A stretch of 64,000 nt of DNA from Eledone cirrhosa (Eukaryota). How positions within the stretch are numbered: position 1 is the stretch's first letter; every line of letters begins with the position of its first letter. Positions 13,670 to 26,145 of the stretch are shown piece after piece. Under the pieces are notes generated by a model. That model saw only the letters and a program-made list of their open reading frames with translations, was not told the DNA's origin and made no database searches. The stretch is taken from contig OZ024740.1 of assembly GCA_964016885.1 (NCBI GenBank), positions 97,836,001 to 97,900,000 of the forward strand. The letters are read 5' to 3'. Both the position numbers and the translations under genes were made by a program.

Positions 13670-13945
13670 TGTGTATGCATATGTATATACACACACACAC
13701 ATATATATATATATACATGCATACACATACATATGCTCACACACTTAACCACACCCAAGCACAAAGAGTCACACACATATATAAATATATAAAAAAAAAT
13801 ATATATATATATGTGTGTGTGTGTGTGTATGATTTTACATTTATATTATTGTGTATATGTACATATATTTAGGTGTCTTTGTATGTATGCATTTATATGT
13901 ATACACACAAACACGAACACCATATATATATATATACACACACAT
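13305..13945. repeat. Compound (CA)n/(TA)n/(TG)n microsatellite field
   Basis: Direct reading, e.g. (TA)n(TG)n at 13584-13668. Confidence 0.95.
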
Positions 13946-14271
13946 ACACCATCTAGCTTTAATAATAATATATAGATTCTGATTCTTTGATCTGCCACAT
14001 TACACACTGGTGATTTCCTTACAAAAACTTCTCATCCATGACACTAATCCAACCTCATAGAACGTTGATGCTGTCATTTCCAGAATTAATCTAAGAGAAC
14101 AAGTGATAAAAGTTCAGTTTCTCTTAATGGTACCTTGCTTGCTTCTTCTAATTACTGCAACCCCTCAGGTGTTGCTAGGATGGATGGCTGAATGGATGTG
14201 TATGTATGTGTGTCATACACATATATTACCAGTAAACATTGATTATGTGTCTGTGTATGTGTTTATGTGTG

Positions 14272-14320
<49 letters not shown>

Positions 14321-14425
14321 TCATACATATGTGTGAGTGTGGCAGTATGTTTATGTGTGTATGTGGGTGTGTGGGTGGGGGGTGGGGGGGTGATGGTGCA
14401 TGCATGTGTGTGTGTGTGTGTATAC

Positions 14426-14660
14426 ATGTGGAAAATGGGAAGCACAAAGGTAAGCACTAAGATTACATGTGAAATTGATTCCCTTAGCTGCAAAAGAGGT
14501 TCCTTAGAACTTGTTGACAGCTTTTGTTACCTAGGTGAATGAAACAACAGTGGGGGAGGGGATGCTCTGAATGTGTGATAGCCAGGGTAAGAAGAGGATG
14601 GAAGACAATTAGAGCTAACAACAAAGGGTTTCTCATGCAATGCTATATGGAAATGAGACA
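14426..14660 (+). mobile_element. Old RTE fragment (end of RT)
   Basis: GSLELVDSFCYLG and GCSECVIARVRRGWK, homologous to 16620-16730. Confidence 0.75.
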
Positions 14661-14941
14661 TATTTCTGTACCTATGTATATACATTTATATATACATATA
14701 TATATATATACATTACCTTTAAGATATATATATATATTTGTATTTACGGTTGTAGTGGTATGGATATAGCCACTTACATTTGGTTGTTATTCTTGGTGTC
14801 CACTTTCTTAACTTTGTGTATAAAATGTGATTACTTTTTACACTCTTGAGTGCTTTGTGACTGCCTCAAACACTTTGATTGGTATCTGCTATATTGCGGC
14901 AACAACTTCGATTTGTACCTACTATTATTATGTAATATATA

Positions 14942-14989
<48 letters not shown>

Positions 14990-14999
<10 letters not shown>

Positions 15000-17731
15000 T
15001 TTCAAAGCATATTACTTGACGCTTTCGACAGTAAGGAAGAGCAATTAGAGTCGTATAATATAGAGGAACAGTGGGAATTCCTGAGAGCAAACCTGCTGAC
15101 GGCGGCAGACGAAGTCTGTGGCTGGAGCAGGCCTGTAGGTAGGAGGAGAGTAACATGGTGGTGGAACAGTAAGGTGGAGGAGTCAATTAAGGCCAAAAAG
15201 CAGGCTTGGAAAGTATGGTGGGATGGGGGAAGTATAGAAGACTATCAAGTGGCCAGGAGGGAAGCTAGGAGACAAGTGTACTTCGCAAGAAGGGAAGCAG
15301 AGGCAAGAAAGTTCAAGCATGTTCTACAAGGTGAGGACCAAAAACGTGAGGTGTTCAGGATTGCCAGGCAATGTGTCAAGGAAAACCGTGATATTGTCGG
15401 GGAGAAGTGTGTACTTAACGATGATGGCATACTTGCCATCACCGACGCTGATAAGAAGGTAGCTTGGAAGTGTCACTACGAAAGGCTTCTAAATGAGGAG
15501 AACAAATGGGAGAAAGACAGTCTCCCCCACATCGACCCAATAGAGGGACCAGCAGTGTTAGTCCAGGGTAGTACAATAAGCAAAGCAATCAAAGATATGA
15601 AGACGGGTAAGGCGGCTGGTCCTTCGGAAATAGTTGCTGAGATGCTGAAGGCATCTGGTTCGGTGGGACACACCATGGTCACCCGGATAGTTAACCAAGT
15701 CGTACAGAATGGGGTTGTTCCGAAGGACTGGCGTAGCAGCATCATCGTTAACTGCTATAAGGGAAAAAGAGATGCCCTAGATAGGAGTAACTATAGAGGC
15801 ATTAGATTAATCGACCAGGTCATGAAGGTCACGGAAAAAGTAATAGCGCAACTAATCAGAGAGAGAATTGATCTAGATGAAATGCAGTTCGGGTTTGTGT
15901 CAGGCAAAAGTACCACAGACGCTCTTTTCATTGTACGACAACTACAGGAGAAGTACCTAGCTAAAAGTAAACCCCTATACTTAGCTTGCGTCGACTTGGA
16001 GAAAGCCTTCGACAGAGTCCCCCGTTCCATTATCTGGTGGTCTCTTAGAAAACTAGGTGTTGACGAATGGCTTGTGAGAGCTATACAAGCCATGTATAAA
16101 GAAACAGTCAGTAAGGTTAGAATTAACAACGAATATAGTGAAGAGTTTAGCGTAAAAGTTGGTGTCCATCAGGGCTCTGTTCTTAGCCCCCTACTATTTA
16201 TTATTGCCCTTCAGGCTATAACAGAGGAGTTCAAGACCGGCTGCCCATGGTAACTCCTATACGCAGATGATCTAACGCTCATAGCTGAATCAATGACCGA
16301 ACTAGAGAAGAAATTCCAAACATGGAAGCACGGCCTAGAATCAAAAGGCCTTAAAATTAACCTGGCTAAGACTAAAGTTCTAGTTTGTAGGAAAGAAAAT
16401 AAGGCGGCGGTCCCATCTGGGAAATGGCCATGCTCAGTGTGTAGGAAAGGCGTAGGTAGAAACTCCATTTTATGTCCCAAATGCAAAGTATGGGTGCATA
16501 AAAGATGTAGTGGGATCACAGGTAAGCTAACTAAGAACATAGATTTTACATGTGGCCGGTGCTCTGGTGCAATAAGTAGCAGCAAGTGCCCACAAAATAC
16601 TAGCTCCTTCAACTGCGCAGAGGGTTCTATAGAAATAGTGGACAGCTTCCGTTACCTGGGTGACAAAATCAGCAGTGGGGGACGGTGCTCTGAAAGTACA
16701 GTAGCTAGAGTCAGAACTGGATGGAAAAAGTTCAGAGAGCTTATACCACTATTAGCCGCTAGAGGGTTCTCCCTAAAAATGAAAGGCAGGTTATACGATG
16801 CCTGCATACGAACAGCAATGCTGCATGGCAGTGAGACCTGGGCATTGTGTGCAGAGGATATACGCAGACTAGAGAGGAACGAAGCTTGCATGCTCTGCTG
16901 GATGTGCAATAGTAATATACGTGAACGGCAAAGCATAAACGAACTAAGGAAAAAATTAGAAATAAGAGGGATCAGATGTTGTTTACTCGAGAGAAGGTTA
17001 CGTTGGTACGGTCACGTGATGCGCATGAAAGACGACAGATGTATAACAAAGTGCAGGGCAATAAAGATAGACGGTAGCCACGGAGTAGGCAGACCCAGAA
17101 AAACATGGGACGAGCTGATAAATTCCGACCTCACACGCTTATACCTCTCCAAGACAATGTCACTGGACCGAGACCTTTGGCGGTACTCAGTAATAGAGAA
17201 GACCCGCCTTACCTAAATACAAAGTAAAAACCTACTACTACTACAGTCAGTAGGCATCTCTATCAAAACACACCCCCGTCCCACCACCTCCACCCCATCC
17301 ACACCGCCCCTTTCAATGTAAAGTTATGTTGGTCCCACAACATCCAGGCCGAAACAAATGAGATCGTGTAGGTGTCACGACAAAAAAAACACACAGTCCA
17401 CGCTGTAAATGTGGCCGTGTAGGCAACACGGTAAAAACCTCCCAGCCCCACACTGTAAATGTGGTTGGTGTTAGGAAGGGCATCCAGCTGTAGAAAACCC
17501 GCCAGACAGTCCACGCTGTAATGTGGCCGTGTAGGCAACACGGTAAAAACCTCCCAGCCCCACACTGTAAATGTGGTTGGTGTTAGGAAGGGCATCCAAC
17601 TGTAGAAAACCCGCCAGACAGTCCTATGCGAGCAAGACAACCACTCTTGCCTCAAGTGGGGAAACCCTCGTCCAAACCCATGCAAGCGTGGAACACGGAC
17701 GCTAAACCTGATGATGATGATGATGATGATG
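14990..17731 (+). mobile_element. 5'-truncated RTE copy of the same family, RT to 3' UTR and (GAT)n tail; one premature stop at 16251-16253
   Basis: ORFs 14850..16253 (N-terminus is flanking/microsatellite read-through) and 16293..17216 are nearly identical to the 4505-6725 copy; GAA>TAA in CPW*LLYADD; (TA)n on both sides. Confidence 0.93.
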
Positions 17732-18284
17732 ATATATATATATGCCCACACCAAATCCAAATATGCTTCTTAGCTTTGGCAGGAATGATTTCAAATCTCA
17801 TTTTGTGCATTTTGACAGCTTCATACATCTTTATGGATCAGTTGTTTTTTTCATATAATGCAACTTGTGGTTCTGCTTTTGCAAAGCAGAGAATGTAATT
17901 AATATACCAGTGTCTTGGTAAAAGGCATTCGAAATATATATATAACTGAGTTAATATACAAGTACTAACTCAAAAAGAATTCAACAAGCTAACCATTCAA
18001 TTGCTAATATCCTCAATTTACCATATTATATTTTTTCTGTTCTCCAGTTTATTGGCTCCTATCAAGTTCTACCATCTTAAAAATAAGTGGGAGACATTAG
18101 TTAATCTAATCCTAGATAGACAACTTGAGTGGATGGTAAATGTTACAAAATTCTAATCCTTTTCTTACCATAGTTCTATCATATTTGTAATGGTATATGC
18201 CGGATTTCAATTCAGAATTTAAAGCTATTTACTAAAATTATTCATTATTAAGATAATATTTGAAACATAACATAAAAGGATTTT

Positions 18285-18480
18285 ATATCAATTGAAATTG
18301 GAAAAATGTGGAAATTGAGAACTAAAACAATACCAGTGGTTGTAGGCGCTCTAGGAATGATACCTAAGGGGTCTAATGATTACTTATCGCAAATCCCTGG
18401 AAACCCGCGTATAGGAGAAATACAAAAGATAGTACTAATGGGAACTGCCCATATACTAAGGAAGATTCTGTCAATATAAG
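18285..18480 (+). mobile_element. R4/Dong-like LINE C-terminal restriction-like endonuclease fragment
   Basis: Translates as IEIGKMWKLRTKTIPVVVGALGMIPK...IQKIVLMGTAHILRKILSI*. Confidence 0.75.
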
Positions 18481-18623
18481 TACATCACAAGTCTAAACAC
18501 CTAAAGATGCATGTGTGTGTATGTATGTTCTTTCTTGAACATGGTGGACCTTGTTGTCTCTTGAGGTCACTGGTTGTGACTTGGTGATAACTCGTATGAA
18601 CATAAAGCAAGATAAATGCAACT

Positions 18624-18660
<37 letters not shown>

Positions 18661-18769
18661 CAACAACACCATATTCACAAGGAGGAGGCTAGCTAACTGT
18701 GTAGGATCTGTGGAGAGAGAGAGTAGACTGTGGCTCACATTGTATCCAAGTGTAAATACCTAGCTCACT

Positions 18770-19195
18770 ATAAAGCTCACTATAAAGGCTGTAGGTATGA
18801 TATGATAGAAAAGGAGATTCACTGGCATTTATGCAAACTAAATAATTTACCACATTCTGAGAAGTTGTATGGGCACAAGCCAGAGTCGGTGATAGAAAAC
18901 AATCAAGTGAAGGTGCTGTAGGATTTCAGGATACAGACAGACAAGAAATTAGAACACAATAGGCCTGGTGGTTTTTGACAAGTGAAAAAGATTGTGCCTG
19001 ATTGTAGATGTAGCCTGTCCCTTTGACACAAGAGTGCAAGAAAAAGAGAGGGAGAAAATTAACCAATACTAGGATTTAAAGTGAGAGTTAAAAAGGATTT
19101 GGGACTGTCATGAGATTAAGGTCATCCCAATTGTCATACGAGCACTGGGTACTATCTCAAAGAGTTTTCAAGGATGGTTAAAGAACATTAGTCCA
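18770..19195 (+). mobile_element. R4/Dong-like RLE fragment
   Basis: RYDMIEKEIHWHLC...HKPESVIENNQVKVL*DFRIQTD..LEHNRP...IVDVACPFD...VIPIVIRALG. Confidence 0.75.
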
Positions 19196-19199
19196 GCCC

Positions 19200-20812
19200 C
19201 AGAATACTGTCTCCCAACGTGCAACTTGTGATCAGAAATTGAACTGACCAAAAGTGTTGATACTGTGGAGATCATAGACCACCTTGTTTTAGGTTGTAAG
19301 GTATTAGCTGCCCGACTGAGGGTCTATGGTAGGGAGATGGAGTCGTTCGATGTTGGGACCGGTGTTCGGCAGGGGTGTGTGCTATCGCCAACTCACTTTA
19401 ACTACGCAATTGACTACACTCCCAACACAGCGCTCCGGGATTACCCGGGCGTAGAGTTCGGATGACATCGTGCTGATGGGCGCTAACAGGACAGATGTAC
19501 AAGGTGCTCTCGAAAGGGTGCACACTGTAGCTGCCACTGTTGGTCCACGAATCAAGTCGAAAGTCATTAAGTCACTGGTCTCGCCTGATGCCTGGCCGCC
19601 GATATCTCTTCAGGGCGTGGACCTGGAGGATGTGGAGTCCTTCGTTTACCTGCGCTCAACAGTCGTTCCAATGGGACAGGGTGCAGCCGAGGTCAAGCGT
19701 CGCATAGGTGCTGCCAGATCCGCTTTTGGCCGTCTCCAGCGGTGTGTGTGGGACAGAAGAGAGATCACCTCGGTGACCAAAGGGCGAATCTACCACGCTG
19801 TCGTTCGCACTATTCTCCTCAATGGCTGTGAAACATGGCCTATGAGGGTAGTCGATCAACGGGGACTGGAGGTCTTCGACAATGACTGTCTCCGCCGCAT
19901 TCTTTGCTGCCGATGCGTTCATCGGGTACTTTCCACCAGTTTTCGTCTTTGCCTGAATCTTCGACCCCTTCCTTCAGTGCTTCTGCAACGGCGCTTGAGA
20001 TGGTTTTGTCACGCAGCCCGGCGCCCGGAGGGTGAGCTGATCTGCGATGTTCTCCTCCACCTCCACTCCCTAACTGGCGAAAGCACGTCGGCTGGCAGCT
20101 GAAGACGTGGGCAACGACGATCAAGGAGGGCCTCTCCAAACTCTCAGGTCGGCAGGTGGTCGGCCTGTGCTGATGGAACTGTGACTCGCTCGCTATTTCC
20201 AGTGACCTAGCCCGGGACCATCGTACGTGGGCTGCCATGGTTCGGGATGCCGTCAGGACAAGGGAAGAAGCCAGCTCAACCCGTCCAGGGTGAATTTCGA
20301 CACAAGTACAAGTAAGTACAAGTATTAGCTGCCCAGGAATATGAAACGAGGCATGGTAGACTGAGGCAATACTTACACTGGGTAATGTGCAGGTTTAAGG
20401 GTCTGAAAAGGGATGGAAATGGTCCAACCATCACCCAGATACAGTAGCAGGAGGTGAGAACACAACAATCCTCTGGGATTTTCCTGTGAATAGTGACAGA
20501 ATAATCAAGGCCAACAGACCTGATATAATTGTGAAGGAACATAAAGAGAAAACATGCTTCTTAATTGACATGAGCATTCCATCAGATCATAACATCTCCT
20601 CAAAAGAGTTTCGAAAGCTGAGTAAGTATAAAGATATATCAATTGAAATTGAGAAAAGTGACAATTTAATGATAGTCGGTGGACTTGGAATGATAAAAAA
20701 GGGAACTGATAGACATTTAGACTAAATACCTGGAAAGCCATCACTGCAAGAGGTAAAGAAAATAGTGCAGACTGGTGCTGCCCATGTCTTAAGAAGGGTA
20801 TTATCAATTAAA
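19200..20812 (+). mobile_element. R4/Dong-like LINE 3' fragment (zinc-knuckle region + RLE) split by a nested RTE
   Basis: TVEIIDHLVLGCKVLA before 19313 continues as QEYETRHG...LHW after 20334; RIIKANRPDIIV...LIDMSIPSD..KLSKY (ORF 20486). Confidence 0.75.
19314..20321 (+). mobile_element. 5'-truncated GC-rich RTE LINE (SR2-like) with (CAAGTA)n tail and 13-bp TSD
   Basis: GVRQGCVLSP, FVYL, RRLRWF motifs; tail acaagtacaagtaagtacaa; GTATTAGCTGCCC at 19301-19313 and 20322-20334. Confidence 0.9.
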
Positions 20813-20977
20813 AACTTTGCAAGGATGTTTACTGTTGTTTGTGCCCTTGTGGCATCATTCATGTAACGATAGATTGTAAAATGTGAACATTATCAAATTT
20901 TTCATCAGGTGTCAGGTCCAAAATCAGCATGATTTGAAAAGAAGCAGAAATCCAAGGAAGTTTCAAATGACTTTTTT

Positions 20978-21310
20978 CCTATAGGCGCCAGGCCAGCAAT
21001 TTTGCAGGCGAGAAAAGTCAATTAAATCGACCCAGTGCATTACTGGTGCTTTATTTCATCGATCATATAAGGATGAAAAACAAACCTAACTTTGGCGGAA
21101 TTTGAACTCAGAACGTAAAGGGCCATAACTCTAAGCTGCAAAGCATGGTGTCCGGCGCTCTACCGATACTGCCACTTCACCGCCCTATTAACAATAATAA
21201 TGATTTCTATTTTAGGCACATGACCAGCAATTTAGGGGAAGTGATAGTCGATTAAATCAACCCTAGTGCATTACTGTTGTTTTATCTTATCGACGCCATA
21301 AGAATGAAAG
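20978..21310 (-). mobile_element. SINE pair (complete plus partial)
   Basis: Reverse complement of the SINE consensus, including ggaatttgaactcagaacgtaaagggcc and ctctaccgatactgccacttcaccgcc. Confidence 0.85.
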
Positions 21311-21329
21311 AATAAAAAAAAAACCTTTA

Positions 21330-22085
21330 AAAATCAAACAAAAAGAAACAAAACAAATTTCCCCTTAGGGGTAGACCTACGAGGATCAATCTTGGTTAAA
21401 AGCCCACAAAAAACCAGTCTCCCTTATTGTGAAGGCAAGTGCCTGCTCCCAGTTGTCCTCCTCCAATTTACAGATGCATACTCAAAACAGGCCCATTCAC
21501 TTGCCCACCTTTCAAAAAACTAGTTGGAAAGTAGCACTTCCCTTACCATCTTGATTTTTCTCTTCAAGCAAAACCTGAAAAAGTAAATCAGGGCTTCACT
21601 GAAAAAGAAAGTGCTTGTCTTCAACCTTTTCAAATATTTACACCACACAGCTCTTTTCATCATGGCTACTAGGTGTCATTCCTGGCTAAAGGAAGATGGT
21701 GGTGGTGAACTTCATGGATTCAGGTGAAAGCTAGATCTCTCTTGGGTGTTGGAAATAAACCAACATATCAGCAATACTTAGATATTGGATGAGTGCAGGA
21801 ACGACAGTTTTGTTCCCCTGTGCACGTCTTGGATAGGTCTATCTGACAGCACTTTCATGAAGAGATTATTTGGAAATGGTAATGTTTCCTGGTTGCAATG
21901 TGAGGTCAGGAAATTCTGGAAATTATCCACAGGTCATGGTCTGAAATTCCCCCGGAAAATAGTGGCTAGTTGAAGTTTGTCAGCATCCAAAATCTCTCCA
22001 ATGATGTTGCTTTTATCTGCCACCACCTCACTATAGAACTCCATGGAGGAGTTTCCACTAATGGTACTGTCCAATTAGCAGATTC
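21330..22085 (-). mobile_element. Degraded Tx1/L1-like 3' end, homologous to 11296-12212
   Basis: Shared segments, e.g. aattctggaaattatccacagg versus atggacaatttccagaaat. Confidence 0.65.
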
Positions 22086-22224
22086 TACAATTAGAAAATC
22101 TTCTTCTGACTGTAAAGCAATTTAATGACTATGGAATTTGGACTCGATAAATATGGTTAGGCTGCATTTGTCAAAGGGAAATTATAGCCACCAGCAATAT
22201 TATATCAGATAAGGATATCGCAAT

Positions 22225-22865
22225 AAAAGAATTAAACCATAGGACATTTATATGCATTTAGATACCTATGAGTGAAACAGAGTTAAGCATTCACTAATGT
22301 GAGAGAAAATAATGTTAAAGCTTTAGAGCCATTCTGAATGTTGAATTAAATACCAGAAACTAAATAGAGGCCATTAATACACTAATCTATAATTACATAC
22401 ATTATTAAATGATCGATCTCAGAAATTAGGAAAATTGATGCCAAAATCAAAGGCCACTCACAAAAATTCATATGAATCACCTAAAAGCCGATGTTGTTTG
22501 CTTGTATTTACCTAGAAAAGAAGGCAGCCATGGATTACTGTCAATTAAGACTACCACCATAGGACTTTATATTTACTTAGAACAAACACACTTTTGGATG
22601 TTAAAATTGGTATTAAAATATGAAGGGTCCAAAAAGCTACACTAACAAAGAATATAAATTGTTCCTTCAAAAAATACAATTAATAGGGCTATAATCCAAT
22701 GATGCAAACTTTTCCCCTACTGAAATTGTTAAGCAAATGAAGAACAATGCAAAACAACCAGGCCTGCAACATACTAGAGGAAAATGCTCAGAAAAATCAT
22801 TATATGGTAAATACTGAAACTGAGCCAGCGATTCTAATGTAGACCAAAACCTTACACTTCAATGA
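22225..22865 (+). mobile_element. Degraded R4-like LINE RT/thumb fragment
   Basis: INTL...RKIDAKIK...HLKADVVCLYLPRKEG.HGL pattern with many stops. Confidence 0.55.
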
Positions 22866-23529
22866 GTACTTGCAACAGTGTGATAGAGCAGCATGATAGT
22901 ATATATACTTTGTGATATGCTGTACATTCAATCTCTCTTATAAAGAGAATTGAAAAATACTAAAATCTCAATCTCTGGAATTTCAGTATTTTAACACTTA
23001 AGGAAATCGAAGCTTATTGGCCAGATATAATCATAAAAAATTCAGTTTAAAAATCTTGTCTTCTTATAGGTGTCATAGTCCCAGCTGACAAAAGCACGTT
23101 TCTGAAAGCATTTGAAAAACTCAGTAAATACCAGGTTCTTGATATAAGAATTAACAGAATTTGGCATCTCCAAATATTTACATTGACTGTAGACATTGGG
23201 GAACCAGGGACGATATCCAAGGGTGCAAATGATTATATCGCTCAAATTCCTGGCTACCTTAAAACCAGTGTGTTGCAAAAAAATCATTGTCGTTGAGAAT
23301 GCATACAATTTGCAGAAATTTCTCTCCATGTAAGGACATAGATTATACAAATAGATATACATGCACTTAAACATTCGCAGGTTGTAAATTGAATCTTCTG
23401 GATTCTTGAACTACACCTACAATTCTATAGTATATTACCTCTTAAAATTGACGAGCTTGCTGTCTCTTGATGCTTCTGTTTGAAACATGGGGTAGCTTGT
23501 AAAAGCAAAACATAATAATAATAATAATA

Positions 23530-23835
23530 TCTTCTGGGATATGCCTGTGATAACCAACCGAGAAATCGCTGGCAACAGGCCAGATATCATCATGAAAAAC
23601 AAAACAGATCGGACATGTAGCCTTATAAATATTTCTGCACCAGCTGACAAGAACAATGGAAAAACTGTCAAAATAAAATACCTGGAAATAGAGATCAGCC
23701 ACATGTGGATTAATACCCAAATCCTCAGACCTGCACCTTAGCATCCTTTCCTGCAAGATCAGCAAATATGAGCTACAGAAGATTGGGCTACTAAGAACAG
23801 CACACATTCTCAGACGAGTGGTCTCTCTACAATGA
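23530..23835 (+). mobile_element. R4-like RLE 3' fragment
   Basis: WDMPVITNREIAGNRPDIIM...LINISAPADKN..KIKYLEIEISHMW. Confidence 0.7.
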
Positions 23836-23904
23836 AAACATCTATTGGTTGTCCTCCTCTAGTTTACAGGCATGTGCCAGAGCAAACCCATTCACTTGGA
23901 CCAT

Positions 23905-24335
23905 GCTTGCTTCTCTCAAACCACATCCAACAAACTTGCTGGAAGGCAGCTTTTCCCTCTCTACCCTGATTTTTCTCTTCAGGTAAAACATAAAAATTAT
24001 TCAGGGCTTCACTGAAGAGGAAAATGGTTGTCTTCACCCTTTTAAACACATCCACCACACAATCTCTCTTGCCATGGCCACCAGGCACATAAAAAATGTT
24101 TGTCCTTTTCCTTTAAAGGATGCATATGATAACAAGTGTTCGACATAAACCAACAAATCAGCAATACCTGGACACTCAATGTGTGCATGCAGGGTGTTTT
24201 GTCACCGTGTGTACACCTTAAACATGCCAGGTGATGGCACTCCCTTACCTGTGGAGTTTATCTTGAACTGGCAAAGCTCTTCGGTAGCACTACCAGGGCA
24301 GGGATTTCTGGAAGTTATCCGTGGACCATGGACCT
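23905..24335 (-). mobile_element. Third degraded Tx1/L1-like 3' fragment
   Basis: Homologous to 11460-11900 (agctcttcggtagcactaccagggcagggatttctggaagtt). Confidence 0.65.
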
Positions 24336-25955
24336 CAATTAACAGAGGAATATTTCAAGTGGACTCCCTACCACCATTTCTGTATTGCCTTGAATTGACA
24401 CCATTATTTTAAAAACTAAATAGGACTGTTATAGCAAGAAGATTAACCATCTCTTGTAAATGGTTATATCTAAATCTGCATGCTGCAGATGAGAGGTAAC
24501 CTGAAACACTGCTGCAGATAGTACCTCGATTCAAAAGAGAACTAGACAAGACGAATCTACCATGTAATCTCTGCAGAGAGTAAAACTAGTGAAAAACTTT
24601 AATAACATGCTTGATAAAAAAACTGAGATTAGAGGATTAAATCAAACATTGACATATGAATGTATAGGAATCAATAAACTAGATGGGATTTAACACACAC
24701 AGATGAAAGAAAAGATTAAAAAGGAATACTATAGATGGATTAGATTATTACTTAAGACAGAACTAAATGCAAAGATTACAGTAACTGGCATCAATACTCT
24801 AGCAATCTCAATAAAAAGCTGCAGTTTCAACATTCTGAAATGGACGGAAAAGAAACTACCTGGAATAGACAGAAGAACAAGAAAAATATGTATTAAGAAT
24901 GCACCGTCCAAAATCAGATGTAAAAAGATTATGCCTATCAAAAACACAGAGAGAAAGAGGCCTGATGCAATAAGAAAATTATAAAAAATAACCATTGTAA
25001 AATTATGAAAATATCGAATGGTAAGTAGCCACAAAACAGGAACAAAACAAAAGCAAAAATATTGTCTTTTGTCTTCAAAGAAGCCAACAAATTCAAAACA
25101 CACTGAAATTAAGATATAATAATGAGGAAGATGAAAACACAGATGAAACAGCAACTGAAACTGTAAAATAATAGAATCCATATTGAAAATAGATCTCCAG
25201 AATACTATGCTAAAACGATAGCAAGAAAAACCCCCTACATTACCAATATCAGATAAAACTAAGTAGGGAAGAAGTGGACAAAAAGAATTCACAAAATTTA
25301 TTAAGATGTTCTGGACTAACAGCTGAGACTGAAGGATTTCTAATTACAGCACAAGATCAAAGCCTACCCATAACAAACCACATATATTGATCATGAAACA
25401 GAACATAGTAAGTAACAGCAGAACAGTGAAAGGGGAGAAACAGTTAGCCACATTATCTCTATCTGCCTAGTCAAAGCTAAAAAAGAATATAACCATAGAT
25501 GTGAGAGAGATGGAAGTTATTCAAATACTACAAAATACCAAGAAAAAAAAGTGGTACAAACATACACCAGAAAAGATGTCAGAGAATGGTGAATCAACCT
25601 TATTCTGGTATATGTCAATACACAGAGACAGGGAGATCAAAGGTAACCAATTGGATATTAAAGTCAAGGACCATAAAGAAAAAATTGTCTTCTAATTGAT
25701 TTATTAATCCCCACATATGACAATATACCTATCAAGGCAATGAGAAATCCTCAAATTATAAAGATCTGGAAAGAAAAATAACCTGAATGTGAATGATGAA
25801 AATAAATAATTGCTATAATAATAGGTGCTCTGAGGATGATAAAAACACGGACAGACGTATACCCCAAAACGACAGAACTTAAGAATATATAAGAAAACAG
25901 AAAATAGCACTACTAGACACCACACGCATATTACAAAGAGTATTTTCAATACAAT
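24336..25955 (+). mobile_element. Degraded R4/Dong-like LINE (RT to RLE)
   Basis: INRGIFQVDSLPPFLYCL; KEKIKKEYYRWIRLLLKTELNAK; ETEGFLITAQDQSL; WYKHTPEK...FWYMSIHRDREIKGNQLDI. Confidence 0.75.
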
Positions 25956-26039
25956 AGATATAACACCAAGCCACATACATATACTGAAAGTACATAACTG
26001 ACTTCCATAGATATTTATAAAATTTACTTACAAGGTATT

Positions 26040-26145
26040 GATCAGCCCATGTCTATAGTAGAAGACATTTGCCCAAAGTGTCACACACTGGGATTAAACC
26101 TGAAAACATGGGATTATGAATTAAACTCCTTAACCACACAGTAAT
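26040..26145 (-). mobile_element. Second tRNA-derived SINE family, head fragment
   Basis: Reverse complement reads gtgtggttaag...caggtttaatcccagtgtgtgacactttgggcaaatgtcttctactatag; related piece at 11165-11225. Confidence 0.6.

Noticed and set aside
13213-14542. Many ORFs rich in YI/CV/HT repeats (also 36121, 43594, 48305, 57687, 58862)
   Set aside because: They are translations of (TA)n/(CA)n microsatellites, which lack stop codons in some frames
22870-23500. 110-aa ORF 23042..23374 as a host exon
   Set aside because: No recognisable domain; it sits among LINE debris
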